Position numbers and translations under genes: made by a program. Positions 31,218 through 40,131 of a DNA stretch of 64,000 nucleotides are shown one piece after another. Source of the stretch: Candidatus Poseidoniaceae archaeon (lineage in GTDB: Archaea > Thermoplasmatota > Poseidoniia > Poseidoniales > Poseidoniaceae); contig CBFIJH010000009.1 in the NCBI GenBank assembly GCA_965662895.1, positions 1 to 64,000 on the forward strand. Reading direction: 5' to 3'. The notes below the pieces were generated by a model, which saw nothing but the letters and a program-made list of their open reading frames with translations, was not told the origin of the DNA and did no database searches. The stretch's first letter is position 1; each line of letters begins with the position of its first letter.

Positions 31218-32051
31218 ATGGTGGCTGGTCGTGAGAATATGGACCTTTTAGGCGAACATGCCGTTCTTCGAAACAATGCATTGGATGGAAAAACCGCTCT
31301 TGTTTGTGGTGCAAGTCGCGGCATTGGTGCAGCAACTGCGCGAATCATGGCGAACGCAGGTGCGAACGTCATCGTTTCTTCGAGAAAGAAAGAGCAACTC
31401 AATTTGCTCTTGGATGAGTTGAAACAACTTGGAGGCGGCAAACACCAAGCCCTCGTCATGGACCTAGAGGATACAGATTCGATCAACACCACCATTCAAC
31501 CATTGATCGATAAGGGTCCCATCCATATCCTCGTCAACAACTCGGGCGGCCCGCCCGGCGGACCACTGTTGGATGCTACGGTTGAAGAATTGGCTCAACC
31601 ATTCACTCGGCACCTTCATGCAGCCCACACACTGGTTAAACTGCTCACACCTGGCATGATTCAAGCAAACTATGGGCGGATTATTCAGATCGTTTCAACC
31701 AGTGTTCGTGAACCAATTCCAAATCTCGGAGTTTCCAACACATTGCGTGGAGCAATGGCATCATGGGCCAAATCGTTGTCTCGAGAGTTGCATCCTTGCA
31801 TAACAATCAACAACGTATTGCCCGGTTTTACGGATACGGAACGTTTGGAGAGCCTCGCACAATCCATCCATGAACGAACGGGTCAATCCATTGAAGAAAT
31901 TCATGATGGTTGGATGAGTCAAGTCCCCATTGAACGATTGATTGACCCTCACGAGACTGCTTCAACGATTGCTTTTCTCGCATCACCTGCAGCAGGAGCG
32001 ATTCGCGGCGTATCACTACCTGTTGATGGTGGTCGGTTGCGAAGCATCTGA
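31218..32051 (+). CDS. SDR-family oxidoreductase
   Basis: GASRGIG, ILVNNSGGPPGG, SNTLR in place of YxxxK, NNVLPG, VDGG. Confidence 0.9.
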   Translation: MVAGRENMDLLGEHAVLRNNALDGKTALVCGASRGIGAATARIMANAGANVIVSSRKKEQLNLLLDELKQLGGGKHQALVMDLEDTDSINTTIQPLIDKGPIHILVNNSGGPPGGPLLDATVEELAQPFTRHLHAAHTLVKLLTPGMIQANYGRIIQIVSTSVREPIPNLGVSNTLRGAMASWAKSLSRELHPCITINNVLPGFTDTERLESLAQSIHERTGQSIEEIHDGWMSQVPIERLIDPHETASTIAFLASPAAGAIRGVSLPVDGGRLRSI

Positions 32052-32112
32052 GCACGCGGAGAACCCCAACCCACCATTGATGACTATAAGCCACTGTGTT
32101 GGACATCGGATT

Positions 32113-32280
32113 ATGGGGCACCTCAACGACGTTGGCATGGGATATTTTCAGCACCTCTTTGGAGCATTTAAACTCGGATTGCGGTTTTTCCTTGGAACGA
32201 TTCAACTCTTCATCCACGGATTGTTTCCAAATGTGTTTGTTGATGCGGGAAAGAATACATCAGAAGCCTACAAAAGGTAA
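32113..32280 (+). CDS. small protein, DUF6356-like
   Basis: MGHLNDVGMGYFQHL..A..........IHGLFPNVF, i.e. an H...G..Y..H ... HxxxP pattern. Confidence 0.6.
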   Translation: MGHLNDVGMGYFQHLFGAFKLGLRFFLGTIQLFIHGLFPNVFVDAGKNTSEAYKR

Positions 32281-32285
32281 TCGAG

Positions 32286-33698
32286 TCACTCTTTTCGAGA
32301 GGTCAGCAAAGCGCGGAACGTCTGGAACGGTGTTTCAGCGTGGGTGAATTGTTTCTTTCCATAGAGGTAGTAGGTTAGAAGACCTGCTCCAATTGCTGCA
32401 GACGCTCCGATGAATGCCTTGTCTCCAATGAAATAAATCAAAAACAAACCAGCAAGAATTCCCCACAATTGCATGAATGGGTAAAGAATGCCTTTGTACG
32501 AAGGGTTCCAATCGTGTCGATCGCTTGTTTGACGAAGTACAATGACACATGTGTTGATCATGATGAAGATCATGATCTTGAACCCTGACGCTAATTTTAC
32601 GACATCTTTCAATGGAACGAAGAAAATTGCCAGACCCATGGCGAGCCCAGTGATGATGATTGGCCAGTGAGGTGATTCATACTTGGGGTGAACACGCTCA
32701 AGTGCTGGTGGCAGCAATTTGTCCTGTCCCATTGCAAACAGGAAACGGGATGAGGCAAGAATACCTGCAAGCGCCATAGAAATCATAGCTAGAACAGAGA
32801 TGATGGCTGCGAAGATTCCAAACTCTGTTCCCGCAACTTTCTCTGCAAAGACAAATATCGGATTTTCCACAACCTTTCCGTCGGCACCAACCCACCATTC
32901 TCCGGGTATCGCTGCCATCATCAAAAATGCGAGAACGGAATAGATAATGGTCGCAAAAAGGAGCGACAGAAGCATTCCTGCTGGCAGGTTCTTTTCAGGA
33001 TCTTTGACCTCACCACCGATGGCTGCTACTTTGGTCACACCAGCATAGGCTACGAATACAAAGGCGGATGTTTCAGCAAGCGTCCACAGATCCGCTTCAA
33101 AAGCTGCTTTGAACGGTCGGCCAGCATCAAAATCGTCGACAAAGAATGCTGCTATGCAGATAATGACAAACATGGCGAGTGTGAGGAACAAAATGGGTGT
33201 TTGAATGGCTTTTACCTTCTTTACACCGAGGATGTTGATAATGGTAATCAAGACCAAGGCGCTCATGGAGAGAACCATCATTTCCATATCGACGTCAAAA
33301 TAGGTCGTCACTGCGATAAAATACGCAGAAAAGCCAATCAGAGAGAAGCCCGATTTTAACAAAAACGAAGCCCATAATCCCAGGCCACTTATGGTTCCGA
33401 CCATCGGCCCATAAGTCCGCTCGAGGTAGACGTAAGAACCACCACTTGACGGCATTCCTGATGCCAATTCAGCCTTGGAGATTGCCGCTGGCAGGACAAC
33501 CGCTGCAGCGACAATGAATGCAAGCCAAATCCCTGCACCCATGATATCAGCTGCAAACGTTGGTGTAACGAAGATTCCAGGAAGCATGGCTGAGAGAGAA
33601 ATGATAACGACGCCAGCAAGACCAACGCTTCGCTTGAGCGTCTTCTTGACGGCATCAGTGCCCTTTTCAACAATGGTATCGAGTGCTGAGATTGGCAT
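32286..33698 (-). CDS. APC-family amino-acid permease
   Basis: AELASGMPSSGGSYVY, FVAYAG...GGEVKDPEKNLP, SRFLFAMGQD.LLP; about 12 TM. Confidence 0.92.
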   Translation of the reverse strand: MPISALDTIVEKGTDAVKKTLKRSVGLAGVVIISLSAMLPGIFVTPTFAADIMGAGIWLAFIVAAAVVLPAAISKAELASGMPSSGGSYVYLERTYGPMVGTISGLGLWASFLLKSGFSLIGFSAYFIAVTTYFDVDMEMMVLSMSALVLITIINILGVKKVKAIQTPILFLTLAMFVIICIAAFFVDDFDAGRPFKAAFEADLWTLAETSAFVFVAYAGVTKVAAIGGEVKDPEKNLPAGMLLSLLFATIIYSVLAFLMMAAIPGEWWVGADGKVVENPIFVFAEKVAGTEFGIFAAIISVLAMISMALAGILASSRFLFAMGQDKLLPPALERVHPKYESPHWPIIITGLAMGLAIFFVPLKDVVKLASGFKIMIFIMINTCVIVLRQTSDRHDWNPSYKGILYPFMQLWGILAGLFLIYFIGDKAFIGASAAIGAGLLTYYLYGKKQFTHAETPFQTFRALLTSRKE

Positions 33699-33807
33699 TT
33701 CTAGAACCCCGATTTCGTGAAAGAACCACGCTTACAATCACCTACAATCCGATAAAGGATATATGTTCTTGCATTTTTTGAGGATACATATTGCCGGAAT
33801 CCGGAAA

Positions 33808-35208
33808 TCAAATCTTTGCGATGACCTTCATCTCAACCGCAATCGGCGTTGGAAGTGCACGAATCGCTAACGTGGTTCGTGTTGGCCCATAATGACCAAG
33901 CGTTTCAGCCCAAACTTCGTTGTATCCTGCGAAATCACGGTCCATATCAACCAAGAATGATGTCACATCAACAACTTTGTCCATCGAAGAACCTGCTTCC
34001 TCAAGAATTCGTGCTATATTTTCAACCACAGCGCGTGTCTGTGCTTTGATGTCATAGTCCAGTGGTTGGCCGTCACCATCACGGATGGGACCGCCGGGAA
34101 TGGCGTTGGTACCGGGTTGTCGGGGACCGACGCCCGAAAGATAGAGAAGTTCACCAACGCGCCGAGCATGAGGATACAATCCGACTGGTTTTGGAGCAGA
34201 ATCGGTGTTCACTGCATCCTTGCCTTCGGCAGGATCCCACAATGCAGGACCTGAATCTGTTGGAGATTGAACCTCTTCTTCGATGGAGCCGTCACCATCG
34301 AGAACATTACGCTCACCGTGATAGACGTCAACATCATCCTCATCATATTCTTTGTCACCCATTCCATTGGATGTTGGATCAAGATGGACAACAGCACCAC
34401 CTGCACCGTGAAGAGCCTCGTAGGCAAGAACACGTCCAGTCAAATCGTTGCGGTTGTCGTTCATTGCAGACAACCACCACATTGGCTTGAAGGTAACAAC
34501 CTTCTGCACACGGATTTGCTGATGGATTGTTCGAGAAAGTTGTGCAACGTCTTCAAGTCGTCCTTCCTCAAGGAATTCCAGAACTTTCCTGTTCCATTCA
34601 TCGTCCTTGAGCGAGTGTATTTTATCATCCGAAGGTTCGATAAATTCCGTAAACATTCGATTCGACATCGACATCGCAGTGACTGCAACTGCTTTTTTCC
34701 CCGTTGAAGCAAGCACATCCAAGCATGCTTTTGCAAGAACGGTTGTCTCAGCGCGATTCGCATAGACATTCGATGAAACAATCACGGCTGGAATCGCATT
34801 CTCTGGGTTTAGTAATTTCAATGCAACAACCGAACCAACATCGATTGGGAAGCCGTTGTAGGCAACGGTTCGACTCTGTAAGCCCCGTGCATGGTTGGCT
34901 TTGTTCCAGGCTTCTGCAAAGTCCGAATCGATTCGAAACGAATACTCCATCGAACCCAAATCATGGAAGTCTTGGTCGACCAAGGTCCACGTTGGATTTG
35001 GATCGGCTTGAATCTGATGGCCAATAATGCTCGGCCATGTCGTTGAATAGATGATCAGCAAATCCGCATCGCTTTGGGAAATTTGTTGACGTGCTTCATC
35101 AAATGCATCACGAAGTCGTTGCCATCCCTCATTCTGTTCAGGAACCAACAGTGGATGAGGATGAACTGGAACAATATAGGAACCAAGGATTGAATCGGAC
35201 ACGTTCAA
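33808..35208 (-). CDS. fusion: 2-aminophenol 1,6-dioxygenase alpha subunit (AmnA-like) + RidA-family 2-aminomuconate deaminase
   Basis: N-terminal LigB-fold (PHPLL.P.QN.GW..L, YSTTW, GFPIDVG) lacking Fe ligands; acidic linker; C-terminal APKPVGLYPHAR.VGELLYLSGVGPR...PTRTT...LPTPIAVEMK. Confidence 0.85.
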   Translation of the reverse strand: MNVSDSILGSYIVPVHPHPLLVPEQNEGWQRLRDAFDEARQQISQSDADLLIIYSTTWPSIIGHQIQADPNPTWTLVDQDFHDLGSMEYSFRIDSDFAEAWNKANHARGLQSRTVAYNGFPIDVGSVVALKLLNPENAIPAVIVSSNVYANRAETTVLAKACLDVLASTGKKAVAVTAMSMSNRMFTEFIEPSDDKIHSLKDDEWNRKVLEFLEEGRLEDVAQLSRTIHQQIRVQKVVTFKPMWWLSAMNDNRNDLTGRVLAYEALHGAGGAVVHLDPTSNGMGDKEYDEDDVDVYHGERNVLDGDGSIEEEVQSPTDSGPALWDPAEGKDAVNTDSAPKPVGLYPHARRVGELLYLSGVGPRQPGTNAIPGGPIRDGDGQPLDYDIKAQTRAVVENIARILEEAGSSMDKVVDVTSFLVDMDRDFAGYNEVWAETLGHYGPTRTTLAIRALPTPIAVEMKVIAKI

Positions 35209-36101
35209 GCCCCCTCATGGAGATAACAGGGCCATTCAACAATGGCATTCCCAGTTCCAATAATGGTCCCATAGCCATGAAGAATGGCAGGATAGGATGG
35301 CACAGTCAGCGTGCTCAACAACCAAGTGAGCCCTCCACCGTCGGATTCAGCAATCGCTTGTTCGGTGAATTCTGGCATTTCATCAATGATGCGTTGTGCC
35401 TGGCCGCTTCGCATGTAATCGATGATTCGCATGTCCCAAAGATGCATGGCATGGCTGGTAATGTGTTCCTTGCTCATGTCTTCGGGCACCTCTGATTCCG
35501 TGGTAAAATGTCGGTGAGAAAGCGAATTGGATGCGAGTACGACTGCTTTCTTCCCGCTTTCAAGAATCGCTTCGCGAGTTACTCGACCAAGCTCCATCAT
35601 CATTTCTTGCATCACTTCAACGGAGTAGTAATGCCTTGAGCGATTTGAGGAAATGACAACCAACGGTTTGTCGAATGCTGGATTGACCATATGACCGGTT
35701 GTGATTGTACCATAATCAACGCGGAAATCAGGATTGTTCATCATCTTCACAGCAAGGCCAGAATCGGCTGCTTTGTCGTGAATAGCTTGACTCAATTCAA
35801 CATCGATGTTGAGATCGTAGGAATATCGAAACAGATTGGGGAAGATGGGATCCACCGAGAGTCCTTCGAAATGCGGAAGACCGAGAAAATGTGTCCCTAC
35901 ATAGGTCTGCCAATGGGGCGAAAGGATAACGAGAACATCATGCTCAACCTTTGCGAGAGATTCTCGCAGTCGTTCATAACCCCACCGGAGTTGTTCCCAT
36001 CCGCCCTCGGATGTGGGTTCGTTCTGGGGAGGATTCTCAGCATAGACAAGATGGGGAGGGTGTGGTGCAAGGCAACCCGCAACAATCGAACCTTTGGCCA
36101 T
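35205..36101 (-). CDS. amnB: 2-aminophenol 1,6-dioxygenase beta (catalytic) subunit
   Basis: APHPPHLVYAENPPQNEP..EGGWEQLRW, SPHW, FRVDYGT, SNSLSHRH, AIAESDGG, YGTIIGTGNAIVEW. Likely start 36101. Confidence 0.88.
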   Translation of the reverse strand: MAKGSIVAGCLAPHPPHLVYAENPPQNEPTSEGGWEQLRWGYERLRESLAKVEHDVLVILSPHWQTYVGTHFLGLPHFEGLSVDPIFPNLFRYSYDLNIDVELSQAIHDKAADSGLAVKMMNNPDFRVDYGTITTGHMVNPAFDKPLVVISSNRSRHYYSVEVMQEMMMELGRVTREAILESGKKAVVLASNSLSHRHFTTESEVPEDMSKEHITSHAMHLWDMRIIDYMRSGQAQRIIDEMPEFTEQAIAESDGGGLTWLLSTLTVPSYPAILHGYGTIIGTGNAIVEWPCYLHEGA

Positions 36102-36182
36102 AGTTCGACCAAACATAGGTCGCATATGGATGCATCGCATGTGAAGGCTAAACCTCAAACGAGAAGGGTTTGAGCACGCATT

Positions 36183-36692
36183 ATGTCGGGGGCCGAGATG
36201 GATGCAATTGCATCCGATGAGGAATTCTCATCGGTCGAAGACAACTCAGAGGTGACTGGGAACGAAATCTTTGCCGATATGCTTCGACATATGATGGCCC
36301 CGCTTCTGATTGGAATGCTTTTTGGAGGGATATGGCAACTTACTGTGATGCCAAGAATTGATACCTTTGTACCAAATCCAGTTCATGGTGCTTTTGCATT
36401 GTACCTCGTTTTGTCACCAGTGATTTACAAACAGCTTGTTGGGTTGGAAATGAGTCGAGCGGGTGAGTACGCCATGGGATTTGCCGTCACTGCCTGCATC
36501 CTTTCACTCGTCTGGATGTTTGGTAGCTCCTCCCTCTACCTTGGAGGTTTCATCCCATCGATTGCGTGGCTCTTTATCAGTTCATTTTGGCTTCAATTTG
36601 AGTTCCCACCGTTCCGATACGGTTTGTGGCATGGTATGGCCGTGAACATCGGCGGATTTGGTGGAGGCGTTCTCGCCTTCATTTATTTCTAA
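36183..36692 (+). CDS. membrane protein (about 5 TM), unknown function
   Basis: 169-aa hydrophobic ORF between amnB and panB. Confidence 0.7.
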   Translation: MSGAEMDAIASDEEFSSVEDNSEVTGNEIFADMLRHMMAPLLIGMLFGGIWQLTVMPRIDTFVPNPVHGAFALYLVLSPVIYKQLVGLEMSRAGEYAMGFAVTACILSLVWMFGSSSLYLGGFIPSIAWLFISSFWLQFEFPPFRYGLWHGMAVNIGGFGGGVLAFIYF

Positions 36693-37510
36693 GACGTGTA
36701 GGATTCCGAGGCATTGGGGAAGTCTCCGGAACGAACATCATCACAATACGATCGGATTGCTCCTTCAATATCTTCAGCAAGGTTGAGATATCGACGAAGG
36801 AAACGTGGCGAAAAATCCATCGTGATTCCAAGGAGATCGTGCAACACCAAAACTTGTCCATCACAGTGCGGCCCTGCACCTATTCCTATGACAGGGATGC
36901 TCAATTCTTTCTGCACTCGCTGAGCGAGTTCCTTTGGAATCTTCTCGAGAACAATCGCAAAGCAACCTGCTTCTTCCAACAACTTCGCATCAGCGATTAA
37001 CTTTTCAGCCTCTTCGTCTTCTTTTGCCCGGACCGTGTAGGTTCCAAATTTGTAAATGCTCTGAGGGGTTAATCCAAGGTGACCCATCACAGGAATTCCA
37101 GCAGTCAAAATACGTTCGATGGATTCGACAACCTCTGAGCCGCCTTCGAGTTTCACAGCATGGCCTTCGGCTTCCTTCATGATTCGAATCGCACTTTCGA
37201 GAGCTTGCCTTGAGTTCCCTTGGTACGTTCCGAAGGGCATGTCAACAACAATCAGCGCTCGATCGACTGCACGTTGTACGCACTGTGCGTGGTAAATCAT
37301 GTGGTCGAGGGTCATCGGTACCGTGGTTACCTGACCTGCCATGACATTGGAAGCAGAATCACCTACGAGGATAACGTCCACGCCTGCTGCATCAACAAGC
37401 CTTGCAAGCGAATAGTCGTAAGCCGTGAGCATGGTGATGGGCTCGTTGGCTCGCTTCATCTCCTGAAGTGTATGCGTGGTAACTTTTGTTGCCTTACCAT
37501 GAACCGACAT
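36689..37510 (-). CDS. panB: 3-methyl-2-oxobutanoate hydroxymethyltransferase
   Basis: ITMLTAYD, ILVGDS, VDMPF, VKLEGG, GHLGLTPQS, IGIGAG...DGQVLV. Confidence 0.97.
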   Translation of the reverse strand: MSVHGKATKVTTHTLQEMKRANEPITMLTAYDYSLARLVDAAGVDVILVGDSASNVMAGQVTTVPMTLDHMIYHAQCVQRAVDRALIVVDMPFGTYQGNSRQALESAIRIMKEAEGHAVKLEGGSEVVESIERILTAGIPVMGHLGLTPQSIYKFGTYTVRAKEDEEAEKLIADAKLLEEAGCFAIVLEKIPKELAQRVQKELSIPVIGIGAGPHCDGQVLVLHDLLGITMDFSPRFLRRYLNLAEDIEGAIRSYCDDVRSGDFPNASESYTS

Positions 37511-37565
37511 TGTTCTGCCCCATGCTTCCGACTGAATTCAACATTTCAAAGGCTCGCCGGCAAAA

Positions 37566-39011
37566 TCAATCATGTTTGATGCAAACATTCAGTGGTTCGG
37601 AAAAGAATGCGAGACTCCAATCGCCACCTTCCCGACCAACACCTGAATTCTTTACACCTCCAAACGGTGTTCGTAGATCTCGATGGAGCCAGGTGTTGAC
37701 CCAGACAATACCTGTCTCAATTTGTTTGGCAAGTTCATGGGCCCGGTCCGTATCCTTCGACCAGATCGATCCTGCGAGTCCATAGTCGGTTGAATTTGCA
37801 ATATCGATGGCCTCTTGGTCGGATTCAAATCTGTGGATTGTCACAACCGGTCCGAAAATTTCCTCCGTGGAAGTTCGGGAAGTGTGGTCCAATCCATCAA
37901 TAATCGTTGGCCGAAGATAGGCACCATTGGCGTTCGGTCCGACCGGCCCGGTCATTTTGCGCGTTCCTCCGACAAGAACGGTTCCTCCTTCTTCAATTCC
38001 AAGTTCGATGTAGGACTCGACTTTGTGCATGTGATCTTGGCTGATGAGCGCACCGATTTGTGTTGAAGTATCTCGAGGATCGCCACACGTCATCTTCTCA
38101 ACAGATTTGACAAGTTTTTCGATGAATTCGTCTGCAATCGATGCATGAACGAGAATTCTCGAACCGCACAAACACACCTGACCTCCGTTGGTAAACCCAG
38201 CACGTACCGTCCCCTCAACAGAACGGTTGATGTCTGCATCATCAAGGACAATCGTCGCATTTTTACCGCCCAATTCCAATGAGAGTTTCTTGAACATTGG
38301 TGCTGCGGTTGCGGCAACATGACGACCTGTTGCCGTCCCTCCAGTGAATGAAATCGCTCCGATGAGCGGGTGTTCAAGAATCGATTGACCAACTTCAGGA
38401 CCGTATCCATGAACGACATTGAGGACGCCTGGTGGCAGGCCAATTTCATTGGCAACCTCACAAAGAAGATTGGCAGTAAGCGGTGTCAATTCACTCGGTT
38501 TAGCCACAATGGTATTCCCCATCAACAAAGCGGGTGCAACCTTCCAACTGAGCAAATACAAGGGAAGATTCCAAGGCGTAATCAAGCCAACCGTTCCAAT
38601 CGGTTTTCGGTGGATAATGTTAACGGCATCGTTCATTTCGAATGTTTCAGGTTCTCGATTTCGGGCAAAATCAGCAAAGAATCTGAAATTTTCAATGGAC
38701 CGTTGCGCATCAACTCGACGAGCCAATGCTAACGGTTTGCCTGTATCCCTCGATTCCCGCTGAGCGAGATCTTCTTTCCTTGCCTCAAGTCCGTCCGCAA
38801 GGCGATCGAGCCAATCGGCACGCTCGAGCATCGTGAGGTCCGACCAATCCTTTTGCGCAAGCCTTGATGCTTGAACAGCCGCATCAACATCGGGGCCTTT
38901 CGAGCGAGCAATCGTTCCAATGATGTCCCCTGTTGCAGGATTGATGTTGGGAATGGTATCTCCATCCAAGGCATCAACAAACCTCCCTGCGATGAAATTT
39001 AACGCATTCAT
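37566..39011 (-). CDS. aldehyde dehydrogenase, 2-aminomuconate/2-hydroxymuconate-semialdehyde type (AmnC/ALDH8A1-like)
   Basis: ITPWNLPLYLLSWK, KPSELTP, SFTGGTATG, SLELGGKN, GQVCLCGSRI, EEIFGPV, WVNTWLHRDLRTPFGG. Confidence 0.9.
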   Translation of the reverse strand: MNALNFIAGRFVDALDGDTIPNINPATGDIIGTIARSKGPDVDAAVQASRLAQKDWSDLTMLERADWLDRLADGLEARKEDLAQRESRDTGKPLALARRVDAQRSIENFRFFADFARNREPETFEMNDAVNIIHRKPIGTVGLITPWNLPLYLLSWKVAPALLMGNTIVAKPSELTPLTANLLCEVANEIGLPPGVLNVVHGYGPEVGQSILEHPLIGAISFTGGTATGRHVAATAAPMFKKLSLELGGKNATIVLDDADINRSVEGTVRAGFTNGGQVCLCGSRILVHASIADEFIEKLVKSVEKMTCGDPRDTSTQIGALISQDHMHKVESYIELGIEEGGTVLVGGTRKMTGPVGPNANGAYLRPTIIDGLDHTSRTSTEEIFGPVVTIHRFESDQEAIDIANSTDYGLAGSIWSKDTDRAHELAKQIETGIVWVNTWLHRDLRTPFGGVKNSGVGREGGDWSLAFFSEPLNVCIKHD

Positions 39012-40129
39012 GAATTCATCTCCGAGTCATACAACCATCGGTCTTGATCCGGATCCCACTCGTCCCATGTTGGAATTGTTTTGAGAACATCGATGTACCG
39101 GTCAGGAACAATTCCTGGAACAATAAACGCTTTTTGTCGATGCAAGGGGTAAGGATTTCTCAAATCAATCCCAAGGACGCCAAGAATGGCCCGAGCAACA
39201 TACCAGGTCGCTTGTGCATTCCAACCGTGAGCAATTTTAATCACGATGCCTAAGCCGTTGGGATAATCAGGATGCTCTATCGCAAGTCCGAGCAATCCAT
39301 CCGCTCCTTCTTTTGCAATGACTGAACCTTCACCAGCCTTGAGGATTGTTGAATCCAAACGATTGAAACCACCAACAAGGTCAGGATGACGAACCATCGC
39401 TTCCCAAATCCAATCCTCATTTTTGTCTCGCACGAGGCCAGCATAAATCTGTGCAAGTTCGGCAACTGTGTTGGAAACTGTTGGCAAACCACAACCATCT
39501 TTGGCAATTCTCAGTGGTTCCCAATCGCTTCCAATAAATCGTCGTATTTGCGACATGTATGCTCCAAACACTTGATGTGTTGGTAAGGTGTATCCCGCAC
39601 GATTCCAACCCTTTTCCCTGCAACCGCGGAGTATAGCAGCATGCTCGCCTGAGCATGTGTGATACCAACGGCGAGGACGACGTACCTGACGACCAAATTG
39701 AATCAGAGGGACATCAAGTGGAGTCAACATCAGTGGCCATTCGGATTCTGACAACAAGGACTGGGCAGCTGATACGTGTTCGGTGTCTCCATTGTGGCTT
39801 GCGACAGAAATTGCCTTTTGCTCCCAAGACAAGTCGTCCAATTCTTTGACGAAGGCCTTGAGCATGAATGGCTTCATCATTGAACGACCATAACAAAGCA
39901 CGTTTCCTCCAAATGAATGAATCACTTCATCGCCATGTGACCAAGCAACTGCTCCATGGATTGTCGTTTCGGAAACACCATTGCGTCGATAGTCAACCAA
40001 AGGCTCCCATGCGACATCTCTTCCGGTTGGGATACCCTCAACTTGTTCACCAAGTGGAGAATCTGGAAACAATTCACTTCCAGGTTGACCCGGTTTTACG
40101 GCTGAATGGTTGTGATGATCAATCCGCAT
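39008..40129 (-). CDS. class-3 (Rhizobium-type, asparaginase II) L-asparaginase homologue
   Basis: RSMMKP, ASHNG..EH, TCSGEH, DGCGLP, AKEGADG. Confidence 0.85.
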   Translation of the reverse strand: MRIDHHNHSAVKPGQPGSELFPDSPLGEQVEGIPTGRDVAWEPLVDYRRNGVSETTIHGAVAWSHGDEVIHSFGGNVLCYGRSMMKPFMLKAFVKELDDLSWEQKAISVASHNGDTEHVSAAQSLLSESEWPLMLTPLDVPLIQFGRQVRRPRRWYHTCSGEHAAILRGCREKGWNRAGYTLPTHQVFGAYMSQIRRFIGSDWEPLRIAKDGCGLPTVSNTVAELAQIYAGLVRDKNEDWIWEAMVRHPDLVGGFNRLDSTILKAGEGSVIAKEGADGLLGLAIEHPDYPNGLGIVIKIAHGWNAQATWYVARAILGVLGIDLRNPYPLHRQKAFIVPGIVPDRYIDVLKTIPTWDEWDPDQDRWLYDSEMNS

Positions 40130-40131
40130 CT

